From positions 1 through 37,671 of the forward strand of contig JACQOP010000039.1 in NCBI GenBank assembly GCA_016202485.1: a DNA stretch of 37,671 bases, written 5' to 3'. Origin of the DNA: Chloroflexota bacterium (lineage in GTDB: Bacteria; Chloroflexota; Dehalococcoidia; Lucifugimonadales; JACPCL1). Positions 1 to 9,119 of this stretch are shown here, piece by piece; within the stretch, counting starts at the first letter, position 1; each line of letters opens with the position of its first letter. Under the pieces are notes generated by a model. It saw only the letters and a list, made by a program, of their open reading frames with translations, searched no databases and had not been told where the DNA came from. Position numbers and translations under genes: made by a program.

Positions 1-2
1 GC

Positions 3-308
3 CGCACCCTGCGCCAGGCCCTGTACGACCTCACCGACCACTACAAGGAGCACCTGGAACAGCTCCTGTGGACCAAGTGGGACCAGCGCATCGCCCGCAG
101 CGAGGCCAAGCGCGCCCTATCTGACCTGCAAGGGGCTAGGGCGCGGTTTATCGCACTCCTCTCCGACCTCCAGGACAACCAGCTAGACGCACGGGCAACG
201 GCAACCGCCAATAACGCCACAGCCCGGGAAGTGGTCTTGCATGCCCTGGAAGAGGAACGCACGACTATGGAGCTTATCGGCAACGCTCTGAAGAGCGCAG
301 CAAGCTAG
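3..308 (+). CDS. DinB-like four-helix protein, 5'-truncated by the window edge
   Basis: Frame starting at 3 is open to TAG at 306-308: RTLRQALYDLTDHYKEHLEQL...LSDLQDNQLD...TAREVVLHALEEE. It has an HxxxH motif and a later 'vvlH' motif, and resembles the next gene. Not in the ORF track. Confidence 0.7.
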   Translation, partial: RTLRQALYDLTDHYKEHLEQLLWTKWDQRIARSEAKRALSDLQGARARFIALLSDLQDNQLDARATATANNATAREVVLHALEEERTTMELIGNALKSAAS

Positions 309-312
309 ACAC

Positions 313-334
313 TAGGGGCGAGGTCTCCTCGCCC
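313..334. repeat. REP-like palindrome (partial GTAG-family copy)
   Basis: TAGGGGCGAGG-TCT-CCTCGCCC, an intergenic hairpin similar to the copies at 9080, 25758 and 35889. Confidence 0.45.
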
Positions 335-363
335 AGGGCACGCAGAAAAACTTGGAGGGTCCT

Positions 364-840
364 ATGGACACCGAAGTCCGCAAACTCATCGCAAAGCTGG
401 AAGCCCAGAGGCGCGAGGCCATGGACCTGCTCCTGTCCCTCTCCGACGAGCAGCTTGGCCTCTCCTATACCGACCGTCCCGGCGGCGAGGAAGGCGCTTT
501 CACCATCCGCCGGCTCCTCCACCGCATTGAGACCCATCACCGGGACCATATCCAGCACCTGCTCAAGGTGCGCCGCAATATCGGCAAACCCGTGGACGAG
601 ACCACCCGGAGCCTCATAGAGATGCAGGCCGCACGCACCGAGCTCCTATCAAGCCTTATCGGCCTCACCGACGATGACCTGAAGATAGACGTGTCCGAGG
701 GCAACGAGCTGGGCAACTTGCAGCCCCGCGCAGGCCAGGAGCCGGAGTACACCATCAAGCGCATTGTGGAGCACGTAGTGGATATGGAGGAGATGCGCCT
801 GGGCCATATCCGCCAGGCCCTGGAAGGCGGCAGCCGTTAG
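364..840 (+). CDS. DinB/YfiT superfamily protein
   Basis: GGAGG before ATG 364. Motifs LSDEQL, TIRRLLHRIETHHRDH and TIKRIVEH; two internally similar helical halves. Confidence 0.75.
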   Translation: MDTEVRKLIAKLEAQRREAMDLLLSLSDEQLGLSYTDRPGGEEGAFTIRRLLHRIETHHRDHIQHLLKVRRNIGKPVDETTRSLIEMQAARTELLSSLIGLTDDDLKIDVSEGNELGNLQPRAGQEPEYTIKRIVEHVVDMEEMRLGHIRQALEGGSR

Positions 841-852
841 GCCAGGGGCAGC

Positions 853-1266
853 CTAAAGGGCGCTCTCTACCTTCAGAGGCACATGGGCCGCCATCTGGTC
901 AAAATGGCGGTCCCGGTGCAGCAAAACCACATCTTCCGAGAGCGCTAGGGCGGCGATGACGATGTCAGGTGTCGGCACTGTCACGCCCGCTCTCCTTAGT
1001 TGAAAGCCAAGGTCAAAGGCCTCTTCCCACGTCGCATCATGCAGGGGTAATTGCCGGAGAGAAGCTAGAAAGCGTCCGAGGCTTTGCCATTCCTCCCGAG
1101 TGCGCGTTCCTCGGAGGAGTTCCAGCTTGATCAAAGGCATCGTTGCTGCCAGGTCTTCTGCGACGAGGCGGCTGACTCTCCGGCTCAAGGGGGCATCGCC
1201 CTGCCGGGGCAGCAGGACTTCTAGCCACACTGAGCTATCTATCAGGACGCGTTCGGCACGAATCAT
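853..1266 (-). CDS. vapC: PIN-domain toxin (VapC family)
   Basis: VLIDSSVW, ELLRG, DIVIAALAL and HRDRHF acidic PIN motifs; overlaps the upstream antitoxin. Confidence 0.92.
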   Translation of the reverse strand: MIRAERVLIDSSVWLEVLLPRQGDAPLSRRVSRLVAEDLAATMPLIKLELLRGTRTREEWQSLGRFLASLRQLPLHDATWEEAFDLGFQLRRAGVTVPTPDIVIAALALSEDVVLLHRDRHFDQMAAHVPLKVESAL

Positions 1267-1459
1267 CTCGCAATTGCTCCAGCATCTCAGGAGTCAGTTC
1301 CAAGTCCCACGTGCCGAAAGTTAGGCGGAACTCTTCCAGCCTGCGCTTCCGGATCCCCTCCCGCATCGCCGCCTCAATCGTTTCTCTGATCCCCTTGGTG
1401 CCAAACTCTTTCTTGGCATCTTCCAAGAGGTCGTCATCTATGACCACTGTGCGCCGCAT
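1235..1459 (-). CDS. vapB: VapB-family antitoxin (copy 1, coupled to vapC)
   Basis: MRRTVVIDDDLLEDA...TIEAAMRE ribbon-helix-helix-type N-terminus; overlaps the vapC start. Confidence 0.88.
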   Translation of the reverse strand: MRRTVVIDDDLLEDAKKEFGTKGIRETIEAAMREGIRKRRLEEFRLTFGTWDLELTPEMLEQLRDDSCRTRPDR

Positions 1460-1498
1460 GTTCCACCTCTGCTTCCATAGTATAGAAATAGCATACCG

Positions 1499-1711
1499 CT
1501 ATTCGTCCTCTCCATCCTCCCGCATTTTCTCCAGCTCTTCAGCAGTCAAGCCCAGGTCCCATGTACCCAAAGACCGCCGCACTCGCTCCAGTTTCCGCTT
1601 GCGAATGGCTTCCTTCATCGCGGTCTCAATCGTCTCCCGGATGCCTTTGGTGCCGAACTCCTTCCGGGCCTCTTCCAACAGCTTGTCGTCTATCACCACC
1701 GTGCGCCGCAT
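1499..1711 (-). CDS. vapB: VapB-family antitoxin (copy 2)
   Basis: MRRTVVIDDKLLEEARKEFGTKGIRETIE, a close paralog of 1235-1459. GGAGAGG RBS before ATG 1711. Confidence 0.85.
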   Translation of the reverse strand: MRRTVVIDDKLLEEARKEFGTKGIRETIETAMKEAIRKRKLERVRRSLGTWDLGLTAEELEKMREDGEDE

Positions 1712-1786
1712 GGATACGCCTCTCCAATACACATTACTACTATGCATTCAGTATACGCATTCGCCCCTATCCCTTCAAGGAACGCT

Positions 1787-2539
1787 TCAGCCCCCAGTTA
1801 TCACTTCTCGCGCCCGACGCGGATAGTTGGTCATGAAGCCGTCCACCCCCAGTAGCGCCAGGGCGCGGATGTCCTCCACGCTGTCCGCCGTCCAGGGGAT
1901 GACCAGCAGTCCCGCGGCATGGGCTTCCCGCAGCCCGTCGGGGCGCATATCGTGGACCGCCGGATGCAGTACCGTCGCGCCCGCGGCCTTTGCCAGGGCC
2001 ACGTGGTCAATCACGTCCCCCCGGTAACACACGCCCGTCAGCAGCTCCGGCTCCCGGTTCTTGAACCGGCGCATGGCTACGTGGTCAAAGGACAGTATCT
2101 CATGCTCCCCCAGGACGCGCGCCCGCTCCAGCACCCCTGTCACCGACGCCTCTATCCCACGGTACCGGTGCGGGATATTCTTTACCTCAATCAGCAGCGG
2201 CAGCTTTCTCCTGGCCCAGGCTACCACCTCCTCCAGCATAGGAATCCGCTGTCCGGCAAAGCGCCGGTCAAACCAGGCGCCGGCATCCAGCCCCTTCAGC
2301 TCCGTCAGGGGCATACTCCGCACCAGGCCCCGCCCATTGGTGGTGCGGCCCAGCTCGTCATCGTGGAACACCACAGGAAAGCCATCCGAAGTGAGATGCA
2401 CGTCCAGCTCAATAGCGTCGGCCCCTTGCTCCAGGGCCAGCTCAAAAGCGGCCATGGTATTCTCCGGCGCTTCTCCCGATGCTCCCCGGTGGGCAATAAC
2501 CAGGGGCCGCCGGTGGTCCAGCAAGTCTGTGATCGCCAT
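1787..2539 (-). CDS. Glycerophosphodiester phosphodiesterase
   Basis: IAHRGASGEAPENT, ELDVHLTSDG..VVFHD, IEVK and WTAD GDPD motifs; GGAGGA RBS. Confidence 0.95.
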   Translation of the reverse strand: MAITDLLDHRRPLVIAHRGASGEAPENTMAAFELALEQGADAIELDVHLTSDGFPVVFHDDELGRTTNGRGLVRSMPLTELKGLDAGAWFDRRFAGQRIPMLEEVVAWARRKLPLLIEVKNIPHRYRGIEASVTGVLERARVLGEHEILSFDHVAMRRFKNREPELLTGVCYRGDVIDHVALAKAAGATVLHPAVHDMRPDGLREAHAAGLLVIPWTADSVEDIRALALLGVDGFMTNYPRRAREVITGG

Positions 2540-2767
2540 AGCCAGTCCTCCCTCCAGGCGCTGGGCGGATTATACTCTAACCCGCCCTGTACCCTTCTGC
2601 TCCCTTGCCCCTTGCGTGTACCCCCTGTCATCCCGCCCTTGCCCCCCTCACCCCCAACGACGTATCATCAATGCAGACAGCCACCCAGCACTGTCATGCC
2701 CTTGTAACCCACGGAATTGTTTCCACAAAAAATAAAAACAACTCCCGCCCCATCATAAAGGACCCCT

Positions 2768-3574
2768 ATGGAACGGTATGTCCAGGCCAACCTCCAGCAC
2801 TGGAACGAGGTCACCCCCCTCCACGTCGGCTCCCGCTTCTATGACGTGGAGGGCTTCAAAGCAGGCCGCCGCTCCCTCCATGCCATTGAGCTCGTGGAGT
2901 TGGGCAACGTAACCGGCAAGAGCCTCCTTCATCTCCAGTGCCACTTCGGCCTGGACACCCTTTCCTGGGCCCGCCTGGGAGCCAGGGTCACCGGCGTGGA
3001 CTTCTCCGGCGCCGCCGTCACCCAGGCCCAGATGCTCAGCTACGAAGCCAACATCCCCGCCGCCTTCATCTGCTCCAACCTCTACGACCTGCCCAAGGTC
3101 CTAGACACCCAGTTTGACATCGTCTTCACTTCCTACGGCGTCCTCTCCTGGCTCCCCGATATCCGGCGCTGGGGCGAAATCGTCGCCCGCTATACCAAAC
3201 CCGGCGGCACCTTCTACATCGCCGAGATTCACCCCATCTCCTATATCTTTGACGACGACGCCGCTGCCGGCCCGCCCGCTGTGAAGAACCCGTACTTTTA
3301 CTCCCCAGAACCTGAGAAGTGGCAACCCGCCGGCTCCTACGCCGACCGCGCCGCCAAAGTCCTCAACCCTACCTACAACTGGAGCCACAGCCTCAGCGAC
3401 ATCGTCAACGCCGTTATTAACGCCGGGCTGCGTCTGGAATTCCTCCACGAGTTCCCCTACACCGTCTACCAGCAGTTCCCCTTCATGGAGCAGGGGGCCG
3501 ATGGCTTCTGGCGGCTGAAAGGCTACGAGACTTCCATCCCCCTCCTGTTCTCTCTGAAGGCCACCAAGCCCTGA
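2768..3574 (+). CDS. Class I SAM-dependent methyltransferase
   Basis: LLHLQCHFGLDT, VTGVDFS, FDIVFTSYGVL and KPGG motifs. Confidence 0.9.
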   Translation: MERYVQANLQHWNEVTPLHVGSRFYDVEGFKAGRRSLHAIELVELGNVTGKSLLHLQCHFGLDTLSWARLGARVTGVDFSGAAVTQAQMLSYEANIPAAFICSNLYDLPKVLDTQFDIVFTSYGVLSWLPDIRRWGEIVARYTKPGGTFYIAEIHPISYIFDDDAAAGPPAVKNPYFYSPEPEKWQPAGSYADRAAKVLNPTYNWSHSLSDIVNAVINAGLRLEFLHEFPYTVYQQFPFMEQGADGFWRLKGYETSIPLLFSLKATKP

Positions 3575-4275
3575 TGCACCCGGTCAGACCCACAGCCCAG
3601 GCCATCCTCCAGCGCCTCCATTCCCTGGCCAACCCCGCCAGCGTGGAGGGCATGGCCCGCTTCGGCCTCAGCAGCCGCAACACCTTGGGCGTCTCTGTCA
3701 ACACCCTCCGCCGGCTTGCCAGGGAGATAGGCCGGAACCATCCCCTGGCCCTGGAGCTATGGGACTCCGCCATCCACGAGGCCCGCATCCTCGCTGCTAT
3801 CATTGACGACCCCAGGCAGGTCACCGAGGCCCAGATGGACCGGTGGGCCTCCCAGTTTGACTCCTGGGACATATGTGACGGCGCCTGCTATGGCCTCTTT
3901 GACAAAACCCCCTACGCCCACAAGAAGGCTGCCGAGTGGAGCAGCCGGCAGGAAGAGTTCGTGCGCCGGGGCGCCTTTGCCCTTATGGCCGGCCTGGCAG
4001 TCCACGACAAGAAGGCCGCCGATGCCCCCTTCCTGGCTTTCCTACCCCTTATCCAGCAGGCCGCCAGCGACGACCGCAACTTCGTCCGCAAGGCCGTCAA
4101 CTGGGCATTGCGCCAGATTGGCAAGCGTAACCTGGCCCTGAACGCCGCCGCCATGCACCTCGCCCAGGAACTGAAGGCCTCGCCTTCCAGGGCCGCCCGC
4201 TGGGTCGGCTCCGACGCCCTCCGGGAGCTGGCCGGCGCCGCAGTACAGTCCAGGTTGGCCTCCAGAGACCCGTAG
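3574..4275 (+). CDS. DNA alkylation repair protein (AlkD-like HEAT repeat)
   Basis: LWDSAIHEAR, FDSWDICD and DDRNFVRKAVNWALRQIGKR motifs; TGATG overlap with the upstream gene. Confidence 0.9.
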   Translation: MHPVRPTAQAILQRLHSLANPASVEGMARFGLSSRNTLGVSVNTLRRLAREIGRNHPLALELWDSAIHEARILAAIIDDPRQVTEAQMDRWASQFDSWDICDGACYGLFDKTPYAHKKAAEWSSRQEEFVRRGAFALMAGLAVHDKKAADAPFLAFLPLIQQAASDDRNFVRKAVNWALRQIGKRNLALNAAAMHLAQELKASPSRAARWVGSDALRELAGAAVQSRLASRDP

Positions 4276-4488
4276 GAACGCCCATAGGAACGGATAGAGG
4301 GGCGGACCTGCGTAGAGGCCCCCCTGCCTTAGACACAGCCTTGCCCGATAATTGCTTTCATATATCAGGGGAGAAGAGGCAAACTCCCCCCGATGAGGAG
4401 AAGAGTCGGGGTCGGGCAAAGCCCTCAGACACAAAGAACAGAGACGCCCACCAGCGTCTCTGTTACGCACCTGCAAGGCCCTCAAAGG

Positions 4489-4749
4489 CTACGTGTCCTG
4501 GACCCCTTTGCCTTTGAGATAGTCCACAGCGGACTGGACCTTCGTAATCTTCTCGGCATCCTCATCGGGGATTTCAACGGGGTCGCCGTCCTGCGAGAAC
4601 TCCTCTTCAAAGGCCATGATCAACTCCACCAGGTCCAGGGAGTCGGCGTTCAGATCATCAATAAAGGATGCCTCAGGGACAACGCTGCTCTCGTCTACGC
4701 CCAGGCGGTCGGCGACTATTTTCTGCACGCGTTCAAGGACCGTTGGCAC
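4489..4749 (-). CDS. acpP: Acyl carrier protein
   Basis: [21 protein letters not shown] phosphopantetheine site; AAGGAGG RBS. Confidence 0.97.
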   Translation of the reverse strand: MPTVLERVQKIVADRLGVDESSVVPEASFIDDLNADSLDLVELIMAFEEEFSQDGDPVEIPDEDAEKITKVQSAVDYLKGKGVQDT

Positions 4750-4788
4750 GGCATTACCTCCTTATGTAGGTCACTAGAAGCTGGTTGG

Positions 4789-5223
4789 TTATTCAGAGTC
4801 AGCGGCTTCCGTTTTGGCAATTGCTCCCAAGACACCGTTGATGAACCGCTGCGAGCCGTCGCTGCCAAAGGTGCGGGCCAGCTCCACAGCCTCGTTGATT
4901 ATAACCCTTATCGGGGCATCCTTGCCCATCCTGATTTCGTATATTGCCATGCGGAGGATGTTTCTGTCCACTACCGAGAGCTGGTCCACGGGCCATGTAG
5001 GCGCGTGAGCCGCAATGAGGGCGTCCAGTTCTGGCAAGTGCTCCCGCACCTTTCGTGCCAGGTCACGGGCAAAAGCCTGGCTGGGCGCATCCAGATCCGC
5101 TTCAGCAAGGACCCAGGTAAGGCTCTGCCCAAGGGGATGGCCTGTGGCGTCCACTTCGTACAAGGCCTGCAGGGCAATCCGGCGCGCCCGGCGACGGGGA
5201 CTGACGGCCTTTGGCTCTCCCAT
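4789..5223 (-). CDS. nusB: Transcription antitermination factor NusB
   Basis: RRRARRIALQALY, VDRNILR, INEAVELA and FINGVLG motifs. Confidence 0.97.
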   Translation of the reverse strand: MGEPKAVSPRRRARRIALQALYEVDATGHPLGQSLTWVLAEADLDAPSQAFARDLARKVREHLPELDALIAAHAPTWPVDQLSVVDRNILRMAIYEIRMGKDAPIRVIINEAVELARTFGSDGSQRFINGVLGAIAKTEAADSE

Positions 5224-5249
5224 AGTAGCGCCCCTGGCAACCTTGTGCC

Positions 5250-6263
5250 TTAGGTGGCCCCAGAAGAGGCTTCATTGTGCTGGAACGTGGCCAGGCTCCT
5301 GGCAGAGACAAGGTCATTTACATTTGCTACTTGGACACTGCTGGCAATGCGCTTGACCATGCCCGTCAGCACCTTCCCAGGCCCAAACTCTATGAAGTTG
5401 CCCACGCCGGCGCCCACCATGTAGCTAACGGACTCCTGCCAGCGCACACATCCGCAGAGTTGCTGGGCCAGCTCGTCTTTGATCTCCAACGCCGCCGTGA
5501 CAGGCTTGGAGGTGCAGTTGGCAACTATTGGGACGAGGGTGTTGTGGAAGGTGACCTTGCCAATAGCTTTCAGCATCCCCTCCAGGGCCGGCCCCATCAG
5601 ATAGGAGTGGAAGGCCCCGCTGACCTTGAGGGGAATCGCCCGGCGGGCTCCCCGCTCCGAGGCCAGTTGTACGGCCCGGGCAATGTCCTCCTGGGAGCCG
5701 CTGATGACCACCTGTCCGGGAGAGTTAATGTTGGCTATTTGAGTATTGGTCTCCTGGCACACTTCTTCCAGGGGAGGTAGCTCCATGCCTATAATGGCCG
5801 CCATGGCCCCCGGCTGCAAGTCGCACGCCTCCTGCATCAGGCGGCCCCGCTCCCGCACCAGCCATACGGCGTCAGCCGTTTCCAGCACCCCTGCGGCAGC
5901 CAGCGCCGTGTACTCGCCCAAACTATGGCCGGCCATGAAGGAGGCAAGGGTCTCCAAAGGGCGTTCTACCTGCTCCCTGGCGGCGGCAAGACAGGCAAGG
6001 CTGACGGTGAGGATAGCCGGCTGCGTGTTGATGGTGCGTTCCAGCTCATCAGCCGGGCCGTTGAACATGAGACTGGAGAGGGAAAAGCCGAGGGCTTTAT
6101 CGGCGTCGTCAATGATACGTCGGGCCGCTGGAGAGTCGGTGTACAGGTCCCTCCCCATGCCGACCTCTTGGGCCCCTTGACCAGGGAACAGATATGCTGT
6201 GGGTGTGGAGAAAAGGTCATCGGCCCCGTTTCGTGACGAGTTCGCAGGTGTTGCCACTGCCAT
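5250..6263 (-). CDS. fabD: Malonyl-CoA:ACP transacylase
   Basis: FPGQGAQ, TQPAI, AGHSLGEY, VSGAFHS and EFGPGKVL motifs. Confidence 0.97.
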   Translation of the reverse strand: MAVATPANSSRNGADDLFSTPTAYLFPGQGAQEVGMGRDLYTDSPAARRIIDDADKALGFSLSSLMFNGPADELERTINTQPAILTVSLACLAAAREQVERPLETLASFMAGHSLGEYTALAAAGVLETADAVWLVRERGRLMQEACDLQPGAMAAIIGMELPPLEEVCQETNTQIANINSPGQVVISGSQEDIARAVQLASERGARRAIPLKVSGAFHSYLMGPALEGMLKAIGKVTFHNTLVPIVANCTSKPVTAALEIKDELAQQLCGCVRWQESVSYMVGAGVGNFIEFGPGKVLTGMVKRIASSVQVANVNDLVSARSLATFQHNEASSGAT

Positions 6264-6330
6264 CTCCTTTCCTGCGGTAAACCGAGGGGGTGGACACGTT
6301 TATCCAGATGAAGGCCTGACACAGCCGAGA

Positions 6331-6531
6331 CTACGTCTGGTCCGACTCCTCAGGGTTCATGGAGATGACCTCCCGGCCGCCGTAGTAGCCACAGGTAGGA
6401 CACACGGTATGAGGAGGCTTCGGGCTCCGGCACTGGGCACAGGTGGTAATGGCCATCGGTGGTTTCTGAAAATGACTCCAGCGCCAGCCTTTCCTGGAGC
6501 TGGAGCGCTTCTTCTTTGGATGTGGGGGCAT
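6331..6531 (-). CDS. rpmF: 50S ribosomal protein L32 (Zn-ribbon form)
   Basis: MPPHPKKKRSSSRK...CAQC...HTVCPTCGYY; lies downstream of yceD. Confidence 0.95.
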   Translation of the reverse strand: MPPHPKKKRSSSRKGWRWSHFQKPPMAITTCAQCRSPKPPHTVCPTCGYYGGREVISMNPEESDQT

Positions 6532-6545
6532 GGAATGACTCCGTC

Positions 6546-7076
6546 TTACTTTTTGGTGGTGGATAGCAGGCCCAAGAGCGTTGCCCATCGGGGATCAACC
6601 ATCTCTTGGGGACAGTCACAGGAGGTTTCATTCAGGTCCTTGCCGCAGTGAGGACAGATCCCGGCGCAGTTAGACTGGCACAGGGGCTTCATTGGAATGG
6701 CAAGGATGATGTCCTGGCGGACCACTTCCTCAATGTCCAAGATGTGGTGAGTGTCAATAGTGGTGTCAGCCTCTGCTCCATCGGGAAGGGCCACCGGGAC
6801 ACCGGTGGTGACATCTACAGTTGGGTGATAGGTCTCGTTGAAGAGGAACGGCAGGGTGGTATCGTAGGGCCTGAGGCACCGGCTGCACGTACACACCACC
6901 CGGGCCTGCAGGTTGCCCTTGACCCAGACGCCTTCGTTTATCCGCACAAGAGTAATAGACCCCCAAAGACGCTTGACTTGGGCGTCCTCCAAAGCAAGGG
7001 ACGTCTCGTCCACCTGGTGGCGTTGAGAACCCCCCACCGGACCTTTAAGCAGGCCAGCAACGTTAAACTGCATCAT
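6546..7076 (-). CDS. yceD: YceD/DUF177 family protein
   Basis: CSRCL, PMKPLCQSNCAGICPHCGKDLN and DPRW motifs; typical position before rpmF. Confidence 0.93.
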   Translation of the reverse strand: MMQFNVAGLLKGPVGGSQRHQVDETSLALEDAQVKRLWGSITLVRINEGVWVKGNLQARVVCTCSRCLRPYDTTLPFLFNETYHPTVDVTTGVPVALPDGAEADTTIDTHHILDIEEVVRQDIILAIPMKPLCQSNCAGICPHCGKDLNETSCDCPQEMVDPRWATLLGLLSTTKK

Positions 7077-7367
7077 GCACCGGTACGACCGCTAGGCTCC
7101 TATAAGGACGCGCACAAGAAGCGGCCTCTTGGAGTTTCAAGGGACCGATACGCTTCGGAAAGGAAACACAGAAACAGATGGAACACAGCAAATACGCACA
7201 GATACAATAATAAGTACTCTATTTAGTAAGTATACTTGAGAGAGCGGAGGGTTGTCTACGTTGCTTGCGTTACGGCCCTCCCCTCCTTCTGGATCAAGCG
7301 ATTAACTCCGGCGCTCAGGCGCAAGGGAATGCTCTACAATAGATCTAGCTAACCCATAGGAGTCCCC

Positions 7368-8396
7368 ATGCTCATCCTTGGCATTGAAACCTCATGTGAT
7401 GAGACTGCCGCCGCACTGGTGCAGGACGGCCTCCGCCTGCGCTCAAACATCATCGCCTCCCAGGTGGAGCTACACGCCCATTATGGCGGTGTGGTGCCGG
7501 AAGTGGCGTCGCGCCAGCACATGCTCCAGATGGTGCCCGTGGTGGAGCGCGCCTTGCACCAGGCCGGCGCTTCCTGGGACAACGTAGACGCCATAGCCGT
7601 TACCTACGGCCCCGGCCTGGCAGGCTCCCTGATGGTAGGCGTGAATATGGCCAAGGCCATCGCCTACGCCCGGCGGCTGCCCCTCTACGGCATCAACCAC
7701 CTGGAAGGCCACGTGTATGCCGCCTGGCTGGAGGGCCACCGGCCCGACCTCTCCCCTGGGTTTCCCCTTGTATGCCTTGTGGCCTCAGGCGGCCACACGG
7801 ACCTGTTGCTCATGGAGGACCACGGCCACTACCAGCTTCTGGGCATGACAAGGGACGACGCCGCCGGCGAGTCCTTTGACAAGGCGGCCCGCCTCCTGGG
7901 CCTCGGCTTCCCCGGGGGCCCCGCCATCCAGCGCGCCTCCCAGTCCATCCCACTCCACACCGTGCGCCAGCAACTGCCCCGGGCCTGGATGCGGGGCACC
8001 CTGGACTTCAGCTTCAGCGGCCTCAAAACGGCGGTGCTCCACAAGGCGCAAGAGCAGGGGCTTGAAGGCGGCGCCAGCGCCGGACGCCAGCAGGAAGTAG
8101 CAGAGCTGGCTTCCGCCTTCCAGGAGTCGGTGGTAGAGGTGCTGACCGTCAAGACCCTGGAGGCGGCGGCCCAGACTGGAGCCAAAGGCATTATCCTGGG
8201 CGGTGGCGTCACCGCCAATGCCCGCCTCCGGGAGCGCCTGCACGCCCAGGCCGGCGGCTTGCCGGTGTTCATCCCTTCGCCCGGCCTGTGCGTGGACAAC
8301 GCCGCCATGATCGCCGCCTGCGCCTACTACCACGCCGGCCGCCGCCAGCCCGATGGCTACGACCTGGATGTAGTACCCTCCCTGAAGCTGGGGTAA
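7368..8396 (+). CDS. tsaD: tRNA N6-threonylcarbamoyladenosine transferase TsaD
   Basis: ILGIETSCDETAAA, GGVVPEVASRQH, NHLEGH, SGGHT, DDAAGESFDK and DNAAMIA motifs. Confidence 0.98.
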   Translation: MLILGIETSCDETAAALVQDGLRLRSNIIASQVELHAHYGGVVPEVASRQHMLQMVPVVERALHQAGASWDNVDAIAVTYGPGLAGSLMVGVNMAKAIAYARRLPLYGINHLEGHVYAAWLEGHRPDLSPGFPLVCLVASGGHTDLLLMEDHGHYQLLGMTRDDAAGESFDKAARLLGLGFPGGPAIQRASQSIPLHTVRQQLPRAWMRGTLDFSFSGLKTAVLHKAQEQGLEGGASAGRQQEVAELASAFQESVVEVLTVKTLEAAAQTGAKGIILGGGVTANARLRERLHAQAGGLPVFIPSPGLCVDNAAMIAACAYYHAGRRQPDGYDLDVVPSLKLG

Positions 8397-9050
8397 TTAC
8401 GGCCACGCCTCCCCTTTGTAGGCCATCTCCCAGAACAGATACTCGTACCGAAGGGCGGCGCGGAAGACCTGGCGGGCGCTGGCCTGACCCACTGGCGGAA
8501 TGCCGTCAACAATGGCCTTCATCGCCGCCACAAAGTCCCCCAGGGCCTGGTCGGCGTGGATGTCTATCCACTCCTGGTACATGCGGCGCCGTGGCCGTGC
8601 CCCTGTCTTGGTCAGGCGCGTCGCCCAGTCGTAGTACGTCCACTCCGTCACCAGCAGCCCCGTAGCGATGTCCTGGAAGCTCCCGTCGTAAGCGGTGGCC
8701 ACCAGGAAGTTAGCCATGTTTTGCCCCGTGGGCAGCGGCTCGGCGGAGTGGTAGGTCTCCGGCGGGACCCCTAGCTCCTGGAAGGCCCGGAAGAACAACT
8801 CCTTCTCAGCATTGAGGATGGTGTGCAGGAATGGCGAAAAGGGTTGGGCCGCTTCCAATGTGGGAGCCTTGCTCACCGCTTGGCCCAGCACCTTGGCCAG
8901 CGCCCCCAGGAACAGGTAGTCCTGGAGGAAGTATCGCTGGAACTTCTCCAGGGGCAAAGAGCCGTCGCCCATCTCCCGCACGAACGGGTGGGTTACCATG
9001 CGTTCCCACAGGTCGTGGTTAGCCTGCCGGAGGTCGTCTGAAAAGGGCAT
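8397..9050 (-). CDS. tenA: TenA-family thiamine-salvage protein (Cys-less TenA_E type)
   Basis: HPFV..MGDGSL, YFLQDYLFL, YQEWI and EYLFWEMAY motifs; last gene of the TPP operon; contains no cysteine. Confidence 0.9.
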   Translation of the reverse strand: MPFSDDLRQANHDLWERMVTHPFVREMGDGSLPLEKFQRYFLQDYLFLGALAKVLGQAVSKAPTLEAAQPFSPFLHTILNAEKELFFRAFQELGVPPETYHSAEPLPTGQNMANFLVATAYDGSFQDIATGLLVTEWTYYDWATRLTKTGARPRRRMYQEWIDIHADQALGDFVAAMKAIVDGIPPVGQASARQVFRAALRYEYLFWEMAYKGEAWP

Positions 9051-9079
9051 CAGGTGCTCCAGATACTCAGCATTGGCGG

Positions 9080-9107
9080 GTAGGGGCGCAGCATCCCGCG
9101 CCCCTAC
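9080..9107. repeat. REP-like palindrome (GTAG family)
   Basis: GTAGGGGCGC-AGCATCCC-GCGCCCCTAC, a perfect 10-bp inverted repeat between thiY and tenA. Confidence 0.65.
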
Positions 9108-9119
9108 GTCTGAGGGGTG

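Noticed and set aside
7160-7210. ACAG-rich short repeats as a CRISPR-like array
   Set aside because: Irregular low-complexity sequence with no constant repeat-spacer period and no cas genes.
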